A stretch of 64,000 nt of DNA, taken from positions 2,046,001 to 2,110,000 of the forward strand of contig NC_043020.1 of assembly GCF_006345805.1 (NCBI RefSeq). Reading direction: 5' to 3'. Shown here piece by piece: positions 13,531 through 25,989 of this stretch. Below the pieces are notes generated by a model that made no database searches, was not told where the DNA came from, and saw only the letters and a list, made by a program, of their open reading frames with translations. The first letter of the stretch is position 1; each line of letters begins with the position of its first letter. Origin of the DNA: Octopus sinensis (taxonomy: Eukaryota). The position numbers were made by a program, and so were the translations under genes.

Positions 13531-14727
13531 TTATATACACATGCATATATTTGTGCGTATATTGTATTTAAGTATGTTAATATGTTTGTACTTACATGTT
13601 ATGAGATTCTAAGGAACATAGATACCATCAAAGCTCGTCTGATATTTTAGTTATAACAAATAAACCATTAAAAATTCACAAGATGTTTATCAAATTTATG
13701 CCATGTGGGAATCGCTTTGATTGTTGTGTCTTTTAATTGATCTTGCTAGTTATAGAAGCAATTGTTGTTTGATGTTAAATATGGAATGTAGATGTATGCG
13801 TATACTACGTCAATTGATATGTATCTAGAGGCATAAGTATGGTTATGTGTTTGAGATGTTCTCTTAGGAACAACATACGGTCGTCTTCTGCTTTGCGCGT
13901 GTTGCGTTTTATGAGCAATTGCATAATTCTATAACACTGAGATGGTCAGATATACGTGGTTTCCTATGAAAGACAGCTAAGGCTACACGCATTACATTTC
14001 CACAAGAACAAAAACTTAAAGATACACAAACTCCTCATAAAGAATTTTCAAAAAAATTTCGCCAACTTCTAAGAAAGCCACCGCAACAAATGATTTTTTT
14101 TCATACCAAAGGACATAACCCTTAACTCAGCCCCTGCGTGATTCGTTTCATCGTCTTTTCAAAACAACCACAAACCGGATGTATCTGTGCACCTCAAACA
14201 ATAGAGAGCAGTTGACATAAATCATTTCATAACGGCTACCTCTGAAGAGTACAGGGTTGTATAATCGGACTGATACCTAACACTCTTCTGAACCCCACGT
14301 GTGAAACCAATTGGTAAAATCTGCTGTAATGCCGTAATGTATATTTAATACTTTACACTTCGTTTAATATGCCCACTCTACTGATAAATATAGGAATGCA
14401 TTTTTCCTGGCTTATGGACTCCTAGACAGCTGACACAAACACGCGAACACACACAAGTTTGCATATGTATGTATGTATGGGTGTATGTGTTTGTGTTTGT
14501 GCGAGTGAGTTTGTGTGTATGTGTGGTTGTGTGTAACAAGTTGTGCTTTGTACAAAATACGTTTTCATGCGGAAGGAAACCGTTGACTTTTGAACAGCAT
14601 GAAGCGCTGGGATCCGGAAAGAAGGCAAATTCTGACAAAACGAATTCATTTCAAACACTCCGGAGTTGAGCAATAATTCTTCCAGTTAGTTCCTAATTCT
14701 AATATATATATAAATGTATATATATAT

Positions 14728-14777
<50 letters not shown>

Positions 14778-15412
14778 CACATATACACACGGACACTTTT
14801 TTACACTTATTTACGTACAAATGAATATATGTGTATATATATGAGTGTACATATATGTGTGTGAATGTATGTATGTATGTATGCATGCATGTATGTATGC
14901 ATGCATGTATGTATGCATGCATGTATGTATGTATGTATGTATGTATGTATGTATGTATGTATGTATGTATGTATGTATGTGTGTCTTCACTTTCGGACGT
15001 ATAGGTCTGAAAAGTGCATTGCTGAATAGGTAGATATATATTGTTCTACCCGCATGAAATCTTCGAAACTTATTCGTTGATGGAACAACCAATCGAAAAA
15101 TTATGTTAAATACCGATAAGAAAATGGCGTGAAGACCATAAAGGAGGAGAGAGTGTACAAGAACAGGAGAAAGACACGAGGGAATGGAGAAACCTCCAAG
15201 GTCGAAAAATTGACGCATGCAGGTGACAATGATGATCATGATGCCGATGGAGATGGTTATGGTAAGACTACACCTACACACCTATATGGAATAAAAGAAA
15301 AAGTAAAATAAAAAGGACACTGAAATCTGTGTATTTCAAATATCACATGATTACCGGTACCGCATACAACACCAAAATTCTATGGGAAAAATTGTACGTA
15401 CGCATGCGCGTT

Positions 15413-15450
<38 letters not shown>

Positions 15451-15493
15451 TGCGTGTTTGTGTGTGTGTGTGTAAATATACATATATGTGCGT

Positions 15494-15531
<38 letters not shown>

Positions 15532-15539
15532 TATATTCA

Positions 15540-15574
15540 TATAGATCGATAGATAGATAGATAGATATATTCAT

Positions 15575-15625
<51 letters not shown>

Positions 15626-15660
15626 TATAGATAGATAGATTGATAGATAGATAAAGATAT
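15540..15660. repeat. (ATAG)n microsatellite
   Basis: Direct inspection. Confidence 0.95.
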
Positions 15661-15812
15661 TGATATATATTCATATACAAATTCTGGTATACATATATGA
15701 ACAAATGTATATATATGTATATATGTGTAAATATACAATATATATATAAATATATGCACACACATATACGTAGACATACATGTATATATGTATAAATACA
15801 TATATATGTTAC

Positions 15813-15858
<46 letters not shown>

Positions 15859-16624
15859 TATATGAATATATAGATAAATTACAACGATAGATTGATAGAT
15901 CTAGATACAGCTATAAGACATACAGGTACACGTATATATACATGTGTGTATATATATATGCATACATATATACATATATACAAATATATAAGCATAGGCT
16001 TATATGCAGGCACACAAATATATACATATACATAATCACTCATGTTGAACTCATAAATATATTTATGAATTCTTCTCTATGTGTCTATATATTCGGTTGC
16101 AAATTTTTGTGCATCGATGCTATCTATTACGTAAAACTTTTCCTTCCAAATTTATTCCTCCGTCGTCTGCCTGGTTAGCATTACACATGACGCTCACTAA
16201 TATATGGACCCGTATTTAATAACGAATTTTGGTGTGGCATATTTCTGGATACAGTCCTAAAGCTGGGGAAAGCTGTTTGTACTACAGCCCCGGACCGGCG
16301 AAGCCTTGTAAGTGGATTCGATAGCCAAAAACTAAAAGACCCTCTAATATATATATATATATATTATATATATATATATAATATATATATATATATTAGC
16401 CGGTGTTTTCAAAGCGATGAATAGCTTTTTGCCGAAACCATGGTTCACTTTGTTCTCTTACTTTATTTTCCTCTTATAATCATCTCATAATAATGACTTT
16501 TATGACTCTTATTACAACCTCAGTCCATCTAAATTTATATATTTGTCGTTACCTGTCATAAATAACTTTTTTTTATTTGCAATGTGCATTTTCGTTGATT
16601 TTTCATATTTTACCCCTATATATA

Positions 16625-16990
16625 TTCATTTAGAGATAGTAGGCCCCTTCATCCCACCATATAAAATAATTTTAATTTACTTTAATACTTACTACTTATA
16701 CGTTCGCCGGACCCTACTGTACAAACCAGTAGGGTTCGGCGAACCTTTTTACACATACTTATTTGTTTAAAAAATTAAAATATAGTTAAGAATATCAAAC
16801 TATAAGGAAGTGATATAGAGGCCTGATAATTGGGGTTATATTTTAAGAAAGGTACCAGCAAAACACGGCGTGCTTAAGGAACCGGAGAATGTGCCTCAAG
16901 AAACACGTGTAGCCGAGATATAAGAAGTAGGTATTTAAATTTAAATTCTTTTATATGGTGGGATGAAGGGGCCCACTGTCTCTAAATGAA
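16625..16990. mobile_element. MITE-like fold-back with about 75-bp inverted arms
   Basis: TTCATTTAGAGATAGTAGGCCCCTTCATCCCACCATATAAAA at 16625 is inverted at 16940-16990. A single related arm occurs at about 35235-35400. Confidence 0.65.
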
Positions 16991-17084
16991 AATATATATT
17001 TCCCCATTGAGAATAATTTGAACCCCTGTTATGCCGGAATTTTTATTCCCTAACAAATAAAATTTAAATATATATATATATATT

Positions 17085-17500
17085 TTTCTCTAGTTTCAGC
17101 TCAGAGCTGCGGCCATGCTGATGCACCGCCGTTTTGTGCTACACTGTTATTACGAAGAACCTCGTCTAATATGTGGCACTTGGTGAAGAATGGAGTTTGA
17201 TATAGCTACTCTCATTTGCACCTCTTGCTGTGAGGTAGGTTCATCTGGGACTCTCGACAGGAAGATGTCCAGCTTTGATTTAAAAAACCGCTACATCTAC
17301 TTTGTGCAAGTTCCTCAGACTCTTTGGGAGAATATTAAAAAGCTGTGGGCCCTTGAAACCCAGGCTGTTGTAATATTCAACAGCGTCGTTCCATGCAGTC
17401 ATGCTACGACGTGATGCATTTAAGTTTTGCAGAGCGTCTCCTCTGTTCGTTGATTTTTGCGATGACTGAAACGAAGTAATAACGTGCTTCCATGGAATTC
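17085..17500 (-). mobile_element. 3' end of a CR1/L2-group non-LTR retrotransposon
   Basis: Minus translation with a frameshift: YYNSLGFKGPQLFNILPKSLRNLHKVDVAVF-KSKLDIFLSRVPDEPTSQQEVQMRVAISNSILHQV, followed by a 3' UTR stem-loop CAGCTC-T-GAGCTG-AAAC. Confidence 0.75.
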
Positions 17501-17712
17501 CGTTTTCTGCTAGAGAACATCCAGAAGAGTTGCAGGAGATTCCGAAGTCGTCTGGAGGCCGTGGTTGAAGCCAATGGCGATTTTATTGAACAAATTTACT
17601 CTTTAACATTTCAAGTTATTTTTAGGTAATTTTGATAAATCTGTTAAAATGAAATGTCAGTGTTATTTACATTTTTGAGTAATTTAGACGACAACTTATT
17701 TACCACGCCATA
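17500..17712 (+). mobile_element. Tc1-type transposase C-terminal remnant
   Basis: ENIQKSCRRFRSRLEAVVEANGDFIE, the typical Tc1 C-terminal motif. Confidence 0.7.
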
Positions 17713-18379
17713 GAACAAGAATGTGTATATATATATATATTATATATATATACGTCATAATTTTTTTTTTGCAATTTTCTTAATCATTGACATTTTATTG
17801 TTATTTTAATGTTAATATTTCTATTATATGTAATTTTCTAGATGGTGTAATTTAATTGTTCATTTTGAATTGATAAAAGGTGTTTTTTTCTCTAATTTTT
17901 TATATACATATTATTTTGTGTGAAATTGGATTTAGTATTTCTAAATTGTATTTTTTTCCTTGTAAGTTTTGGATTTTATTCCCTCAAATATTAATAATTA
18001 TATATATATATATACACATATATATATATGTTATTGATTTCATATTTGCAATTCTATACACACTCCCACACATATATATTTCTCACATATCTCATCGTTA
18101 ATTATATATTCATAGATACATATATCAGTTTATAAATGCACAGATAAGAAGACATGATTGTAAATATCCCTATTTTTGTTTGTATCGATTCGTCTGAGTG
18201 AAATCTATATATGTATATATATATATATATACATATATAGATTTCACTCAGACCAATCGATACAAGCAAAATTAGGCATAATTACAATCATGTCTTCTTA
18301 TCTGTACATTTATAAACATGTGCACGCGCATGCACACTCACACAAAGACATACACTCGATCGTGCGCGGGTGTGTAGTG

Positions 18380-19540
18380 CAGTGGTTCCCAAACTATGAG
18401 TCGCGACCCACAGATGGGTCGCGAACGGAATCTTTTTGGGTCGCAAAATGTTATAAAACTACGCGTTAGCTTTGATTAACTGCTGTCTATCGAGATAGTT
18501 CAAAACTCATGTTTTCAATACCAGACTTGTTGTTTTATGAAGCAGTAGGATTTTTCACGAATTTGACACATCAGAGGTTGTCATTTTCTCAAGTTATTTA
18601 TTCGTACGTAATCGTAAAAAGGAAAGGTCTGTGTTAACAAGACTTGCAGAACTCCGCGAAGAAGTAACTATATTTTTAGAAGATAAAAGCGATTTTGCGA
18701 AATATTTGCGCAACGAAGAATTTGTTCTGAGGCTTACGTATTTGGCAGATATTTTTTCGAAATTAAACGATCTGAATTTGTATTTACAAGGAACAGAAGG
18801 TATCAGTATATTTGCAATTCATGAGAAAATTCGAGGTTTTATGAAAAAACTTGTCTTCTGGAAAAATTGTATTAACAACCGAAATTATGAATGTTTTGAT
18901 ACATTTGAAACTTTTGTAAGGGAAAATAAAGCAAAAGCTGATGATGGTATAATCATTGAGATATCTGAACACTTGAATAGGTTAAATGAAAGTTTTGAAT
19001 TTTATTTTCATAAAGAGATGAATACTATGCAACAGAAAAGATGGATTATGAACCCCTTTCAGCCTGACGTGACGACTGGAATATCAACAAAAGCCGATGA
19101 GGAACTTATCGATTTATCCGAAGACTCTTCCTTGAAAATGACTTTTAACACCCGGAAATTGGTACAGTTCTGGGCGTCTCTTCAAACCTCGTACCCAATC
19201 GTTTCCACCGAAGCATTAAAAGTACTTCTCCTTTTCACGTCATCTTATATTTGTGAAGCTGGATTTTCAGCAATGGTTGGAATTAAAAGCAAATATCGAA
19301 ATAAACTGCAGCTCTCAAATTCTTTACGCCTGAAACTATCACGCATTGAACCTGATGTTAATTCTATTATTGAGCGTAGCAAGAAACAGGCTCATCCTTC
19401 TCACAGGCCTCACTGAAGATGTAATCTGAAATAAATTTGTTAATTTCATAAATTTTTTTTTCTCAGTAGAGTTAAGTGGGTCGTCATAAACTGGTGTGAT
19501 AAATAGTGGGTCGCGACTTCAAAAAGTTTGGGAACCACTG
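18380..19540 (+). mobile_element. hAT (Charlie/Buster/SPIN-type) internally deleted element, 1161 bp
   Basis: Perfect 16-bp TIRs CAGTGGTTCCCAAACT (18380-18395) and AGTTTGGGAACCACTG (19525-19540). 8-bp TSD GTGTAGTG/GTGTAGAG (7/8). Subterminal GTCGCGAC palindromes at both ends. Confidence 0.92.
18631..19416 (+). CDS. hAT transposase C-terminal fragment (261 aa open frame; N-terminus deleted)
   Basis: LTRLAELREEV, LTYLADIFSKLNDLNLYLQG, and the hAT dimerisation motif EALKVLLLFTSSYICEAGFSAM. No authentic start; probably non-functional. Confidence 0.8.
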   Translation: MLTRLAELREEVTIFLEDKSDFAKYLRNEEFVLRLTYLADIFSKLNDLNLYLQGTEGISIFAIHEKIRGFMKKLVFWKNCINNRNYECFDTFETFVRENKAKADDGIIIEISEHLNRLNESFEFYFHKEMNTMQQKRWIMNPFQPDVTTGISTKADEELIDLSEDSSLKMTFNTRKLVQFWASLQTSYPIVSTEALKVLLLFTSSYICEAGFSAMVGIKSKYRNKLQLSNSLRLKLSRIEPDVNSIIERSKKQAHPSHRPH

Positions 19541-19619
19541 GTGTAGAGTATGTGTTTTCTGTAAACATTAAATACATACATATAATGAATATAGCTATAC
19601 ATGTGCATATATTATTCTT

Positions 19620-20020
19620 TTCTACGCTAGGCACAAGGCCAGAAACATTTGGGGAGGGGACCAGTCGATTAGCTCGACCCCAGTACGCAAATGGTACTTA
19701 AGTTATCGACCCTGAAAGAATGAAAGGCAAAGTCCACCTCGGCAGACAAAATACCGCTAAGCATTTCGCCGGCGTGCTATAACCTTTCTTATTTCTTTAC
19801 TGCCCACAAGGGGCTAGACACAGAGGGGACAAACAAGGACAGGCAAACGGATTAAGTCGACTATATCGACACCAGTAAGTAACTGGTACTTAATTAATCG
19901 ACCCCGAAAGAATGAAAGGCAAAGTCGACCTCGGCGGAATTTGAACTCAGAACATACCGGCAGACGAAATAGCGCTAAGCATTTCGCCCGGCGTGCTAAC
20001 GTTTCTGCCACCTCGCCGCC
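19620..20020 (-). mobile_element. Two adjacent SINE family A copies
   Basis: Reverse complement of the family A body at about 19620-19790 and 19790-20020. Confidence 0.8.
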
Positions 20021-20569
20021 TTACATGTGTATATATTATTATTCATATATTTATATTATATGTGTGTGTATGTGTGCGTGTGCTTGTGTGTGTACGTATG
20101 GATACATATGTATGCATATATATGTGCGTATGTATCCTTCTCCCTGTCTCTCTCTCTCTTTCTATCTATCCATATATATACATGTGTGTGAGTGTGTATG
20201 TGTGTGTGCTTGGATATATATATATATATATATATAATTATACCAATATGTGTGTGAGCTTTTCTATGTGTGTGTTCAAATCCATGCTTGGTTGCTCTGA
20301 CTTCTCGTGTTTGAACTATTTCTCGAAACAAATTTACATTTGCTTGTTAACTTAGAGATGTTTCGTGATGATGCATAATTTATGTCTCAAGTAGGAAAGG
20401 TTTTTATTATTTTCTTTTTTCAAGCAATAACAATCTGATGTTAAGTAAACGTATGTGTGTGTACATGTATGTCGATGCGTGTGGTTATGTGCATGTGTGT
20501 TTATGTGAGTGCTCACTTAAATACGGTCGTATATGTGGGCACTACACACAAACACATATTTATATATGT

Positions 20570-22525
20570 GCATGTGTGTATGTATGTATGTATGTATGTA
20601 TGTATGTATGTACGTACGTGTGTTTTTATGTACATACACATACACGAACTGTTTTCATAAATTGAGGCTTAGTATGACCATAATTATATATGTGGGTACA
20701 CAAATGCTTCTGTGTATGTATGTATGTATGTATGTATGTATGTATGTACGTATGTATGATGTATGTATGTATGTATGTATGTATGTATGTATGCATGTAT
20801 GTATGCATGTAGTATGTATGCATGTATGTATTATGTATGTATGTATGTATGCATGTATGTATGTATGTATGTATGTAGTATGCATGTATGTATGTAGTAT
20901 GATGTATGTATGTAGTATGTATGTATGTATGTATGTATTACGTCTGTATGTATGTATGTATGTATGCATGTATGTATGCATGTATGTACGTATGTATGTA
21001 TGTATGTACGTACGTATGCATGTATGTATGTATGTATGTATGTATGTATGTATGTATTACGTCTGTATGTATGTATGTATGTATGTATGTATGTATGTAT
21101 GTATGTATGTACGTATGTATGTATGTATGTATGTACGTATGAATGTATGTATGTATGTATGTATGTATGTATGCATGTATGTATGTATGTATGTATGTAT
21201 GTATGTATGCATGTATGTATGTACGTATGAATGTATGTATGTATGTATGTATGTATGTATGTATGTATGTATTACGTCTGTATGTATGTATGTATGTATG
21301 CATGTATGTATGTATGTATGTACGTATGAATGTATGTATGTATGTATGTATGCATGTATGTATGTATGTATGTATGTATGTATGTATGTATTACGTCTGT
21401 ATGTATGTATGTATGTATGTATGTATGTATGTATGTATGTATGTACGTATGTATGTATGTATGTATGTACGTATGAATGTATGTATGTATGTATGTATGT
21501 GTGTATGTATGTATGTATGTATGTATGTATGTATGTATGAATGTATGTACGTATGAATGTATGTATGTATGTATGTATGTGTGTATGTATGTATGTATGT
21601 ATGTATGTATGTATGTACGTATGAATGTATGTATGTATGTATGTATGTGTGTATGTATGTATGTATGTATGTATGTATGTATGTATGTATGTATGTATGT
21701 ATATATGTATGAATGTATGTACGTATGAATGTATGTATGTATTATGTATGTGTGTATGTATGTATGTATGTATGTATGTATGTATGTACGTATGAATGTA
21801 TGTATGTATGTATGTATGTATGTATGTATGTATGAATGTATGTATGTATGTATGTATGTATGTATGTATGTATGTATGTACGTATGAATGTATGTATGTA
21901 TGTATGTATGTATGTATGTGTATGTATGTATGTATGTTGAATGTATGTATGTATGAATGTATGACGTATGTATGTGTATGTATGTATGTATGTATGTGTG
22001 ATGTATTATGTATGTATGTATGTATATGAATGTATGTACGTATGAATGTATGTACGTATGTACGTATGTATGTATGTATGTATGTATGTATGTATGTATG
22101 TGTGTATGTGTGTATGTATGTATGTATGTATGTATGTATGTATGTATGTACGTATGAATGTATGTATGTATGTACGTATGTATGTATGTATGTATGTATG
22201 TATGTATGTATGTATGTACGTATGAATGTATGTATGTATGTATGTATGTATGTATGTATGTATGAATGTATGTACGTATGAATGTATGTACGTATGTATG
22301 TATGTACGTATGTATGTATGTATGTATGTATGTATGTATGTATGTATGTATGTATGTATGTATGTATGTATGTATGTATGTATGAATGTATGTACGTATG
22401 AATGTATGTATGTATGTATGTATGTATGTATGTATGTATGTATGTATGTACGTATGTATGTGTGTATGTATGTATGTATGTATGTATGTATGTATGTATG
22501 TATGTATGTACGTATGTATGTATGT
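20570..22525. repeat. About 1.9-kb (TATG)n array with variant units
   Basis: Direct inspection; variants TACG, GAAT, TGCA and TTACGTCTG. Confidence 0.97.
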
Positions 22526-22761
22526 GTGTTGGTTCTTGAAGTAGTTTATTTTTTTCCAATGTAAGCTGCGCACGTTTTCTATTTGACTTCTGTTTATTAT
22601 TATTAATTACTCAATTAATGAACTAATTAATCAATTAACATGCTACATTCCCTGCATAACCTTTGGATTAAGTATCGTGTACATATGCTACATTGAATAA
22701 ATAAGCATGTATATGACTGCGTGTGTACGTTAGCGTCTGTTTGTACGTGTATATAGATATG

Positions 22762-22798
<37 letters not shown>

Positions 22799-22877
22799 AT
22801 ACATGAATATATCAATACGCACATGCATACTCACACACATATGCACATGAAGATGTGTGTGCATTCATAAGCATATG

Positions 22878-22951
<74 letters not shown>

Positions 22952-22964
22952 ACGAAATTGTTTT

Positions 22965-23790
22965 CAAAGTTTGGCACAAGGAAAGTAAGTTCGAGGGAGG
23001 CGGGGTAAGTTTATTCCATCGACTCAGATTATCAACTGATACTTATTTTATTGGTGCCGAAAAGGATGAAAGGCAAAATCTACGTCGACAGAATTTGAAC
23101 CCAGAGCGTAAAGACGGGCGAAATGCCGCTAAGCATTTTTTGCGCAGCGTGCTAACGATTCTGCCATCTTGCCGCCTTGAAGTATTTTCTATATTATTGG
23201 TTTTTTCGTCCGTTTTTACGTTCTGAGTTCAAATTCTGCCGAAACGACTTTGCCTTCCACCTTATCGAGATCGATAAAATAAGTACCAGTTCTGTACTCG
23301 GGTTGATGAAATCGACTTAGCCCCTCCCCGAAATCCCTGATCTTGTGCCAAAAATGTGAAAAATGAGTTCGAATTCCGCCGATGCCGACTTTGCTTTTCA
23401 TCCTTCGGGATCGATAAAATAATTACTCGTTCAGTATTGTGTTCGATGAAAACATCTTAACCTGAAATTATTGAAGTCGATAAAATAAGTACCAGATAAG
23501 TACTGAGGTTGATGTAATTGATTTGACTCCCAGCCCCCCCCCCCCGAAATTGCTGGCCTTGTGCCAGCAAAAGTGTGAAACCAACATTATCGTCTTTTTG
23601 TCCGTTTTTATGTTCTCAGTTCAAATTCCGCCCAAGTCGACTGTTTTTCATCATCTAGGGACCAATAAAATAAGTACCAGTTGAGTACTGGAATCGATGT
23701 AATCGACTTAAACCCTCCCCAGAAATTGCTGGCCTTGTGCCAAAAATATGAAACCAATATTATCAACTTTTTTACAAGATATTATGAATT
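22965..23790. mobile_element. Cluster of at least four SINE family A fragments in mixed orientation
   Basis: Minus copy at about 22970-23170; plus copies at about 23205, 23370 and 23590, each with GTCGATAAAATAAGTACCAG-like cores. Confidence 0.75.
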
Positions 23791-23795
23791 AAACG

Positions 23796-23957
23796 GGCGC
23801 AGGAGTGGCTGTGTGGTAAGTAGCTTGTTTACCAACCACATGGTTCCGGGTTCAGTCCCACTGCGTGGCATCTTGGGCAAGTGTCTTCTACTATAGCCTC
23901 GGGCCGACCAAAGCCTTGTGAGTGGATTTGGTAGACGGAAACTGAAAGAAGCCCGTC

Positions 23958-24013
<56 letters not shown>

Positions 24014-24246
24014 GCGTGTGTGTGTTTGTGTGTCTGTGTTTGTCCCCCTAGCATTGCTTGACAACCGATGCTGGTGTGTTTATGTCCCCGTTACTTAGCG
24101 GTTCGGCAAAAGAGACCGATATAATAAGTACTGGGCTTACAAAAGAATAAGTCCCGGGGTCGAGTTGCTCGATTAAAAGGCGGTGCTCCAGCATGGCCGC
24201 AGTCAAATGACTGAAACAAGTAGAAGAGTAAAAGAGTAAAGAGTAA
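23796..24246 (+). mobile_element. tRNA-headed SINE family B, full length (CORE-like central block)
   Basis: Head GGCGCAGGAGTGGCTGTGTGG...GGGTTCAGTCCC, block CTTGGGCAAGTGTCTTC resembling the CORE-SINE CCTTGGGCAAGT, internal (TA)n, tail GGCGGTGCTCCAGCATGGCCGCAGTCAAATGACTGAAAC. Confidence 0.88.
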
Positions 24247-24248
24247 AC

Positions 24249-24437
24249 GTCGAAGCAGTCATAAACAACCGTTTCGTCTTGATCTGTGGTTTTAGATAAA
24301 CGTCTTCTTTCGTTTTACATTTGGTCAATCACTCGAGGGTTACATCGAATAAATTCAGTTTACTTGATGCGTTTAGATATGATTCGCATTCGGTTGTTAA
24401 ATTCATTTGTTTTCTTTACGATATGAACTGCTTCGAC
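24249..24437. mobile_element. Small MITE-like element
   Basis: GTCGAAGCAGTCATA at 24249 is inverted as TATGAACTGCTTCGAC at 24422-24437. Confidence 0.5.
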
Positions 24438-24569
24438 TGAACGTGATTTGCCGTGCTTAGTTTCATTCATGCATGGAGCCTTGTTGTGTTCAAAGATAGA
24501 CGCTCGCTGACGATAATGTCAATAAAATGTTATTTCATGTGCAACATATAAATGTTAAGTCTATTGCGT

Positions 24570-24870
24570 TCCTCCCCTTTATGTTGTATCTCAAGTTTGT
24601 CATGAGCCGAAAGACCCATAATGCTTGAGCGTCATCCGGTCTTGACGGCGTATTTAAGTGATTAAGATCCCGACACTCCGCCCCTGAATGGGGCGCCGGC
24701 CGGTCTGTCTCAGGTTTAACTTCACAGCTATTGCCGAATCTCATTTTCAACTGAGTGGACTAAAGTAATGCGGAATGAAGTGTTTTGTACAAGATTACAA
24801 CACCACGCCAGGTTCGGGAATCGAACTGCTATCTAAACCGTCGTGAGTAAAACACCCTAACAACTAGGCC
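24570..24870 (-). mobile_element. SINE family D copy
   Basis: Reverse head GGCCTAGTTGTTAGGG...GTTCGATTCCCG and core CACTTCATTCCGCATTACT..AGTCCACTCAGTTGAAAATGAG. Confidence 0.65.
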
Positions 24871-25361
24871 AAGAGCCTTCCCTTATTATATTATATTATA
24901 ACTTATATTATAACTTGATGCAGAAAACATAAATCCGACTAAAATCGGAAAGGAAACTTTCGTGTTTAAATAATAAATATTCTAATCATTCTCCCATTAT
25001 AATTTGAAATTTGTTTCAATTAATAACTTAAAATACATTTGATAATATCTCTTTAGATTTGTATGCTGGGATCTAATATTTTATGTGTATATTCTTGTAG
25101 TCTCGTTTATTTGATAGTTTGTCTCCGTAAGATACGTATGTTGTATAAAAACCTATTCCTCTCGTGTATATTCGTACCTATAATCATTTATCTACAGGAC
25201 CTCAATAATAAAGTCCACCCTTGTATGTAAGTATATATGTGTGTACCTACGTGTTTTTATGTATATATACATACACGGACTGTTTTCATAAATTGAGGCT
25301 TTCTACGACCGTAATTATATATGTGGGTACCTACAGGACCTCAATAATAAAGTCCACCCTT

Positions 25362-25656
25362 TATTTGTTTGTTCCTTCTCGAGCCATTCCTGGCTCATAA
25401 GAGCCGGTTTCCCGGTTTCCTTGGTGTATAGGTTCCCCACGTGCACGGGACGCCGATCCGTCGCAGGTGAGTTGCAAGATGCAGGAGGAAAGAGTGAGAG
25501 AATGTTGTGGCGAAAGAATCAGCAGAAGTTCGCCATTACCTTCTGCCGGAGCTTAGGTGTTTCGCTCATAAACACACACATCGCCCGGTCTGACATTCGA
25601 ACCTGCGATCCATTGACCGCGAATCCGCTGCTCTAACCACTAGGCCATGTGCCCCC
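25362..25656 (-). mobile_element. SINE family C (tail variant 3)
   Basis: Reverse of the family C head/body, then a third tail (CCTGCATCTTGCAACTCACCTGCGACGG...CCTTATGAGCCAGG-like). Confidence 0.75.
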
Positions 25657-25989
25657 ACACCCTTTATTTAGATTGTATGCAGTGTGAAGTGTTGCTTGCT
25701 CGTACTTTTGTACTTTTCGTACTCCCTAAGCACCAAATAGGAAGTACGCTTCCATTCTCTATCTAACATCAGCTTCAACTATACGCTCCTCATCTGTATT
25801 CGTTGTTATTCTATCTAAGACTGAGGAGGGTGGATATTGAATGAAAACAATGCTGTCTCGTGGTGTTTTCACTTGTGCACCATCAGTATGTTTCTGCGCA
25901 GGGACTAATTAATGCGAACACAGGTAAAAAAAAGTAAAATATTATTCACAAAAGGAAACTGAATGAAATTTCACTAAATTAATTTAAAG

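Noticed and set aside
14530-14700. Unique GC-richer block with several short ORFs
   Set aside because: Stops occur in all frames between the plausible splice sites.
15121-15261. Possible exon ending ATG|GTAAGA (KTIKEERVY...DGDGY)
   Set aside because: There is no credible acceptor between the upstream stop and the open frame, and no homology was recognised.
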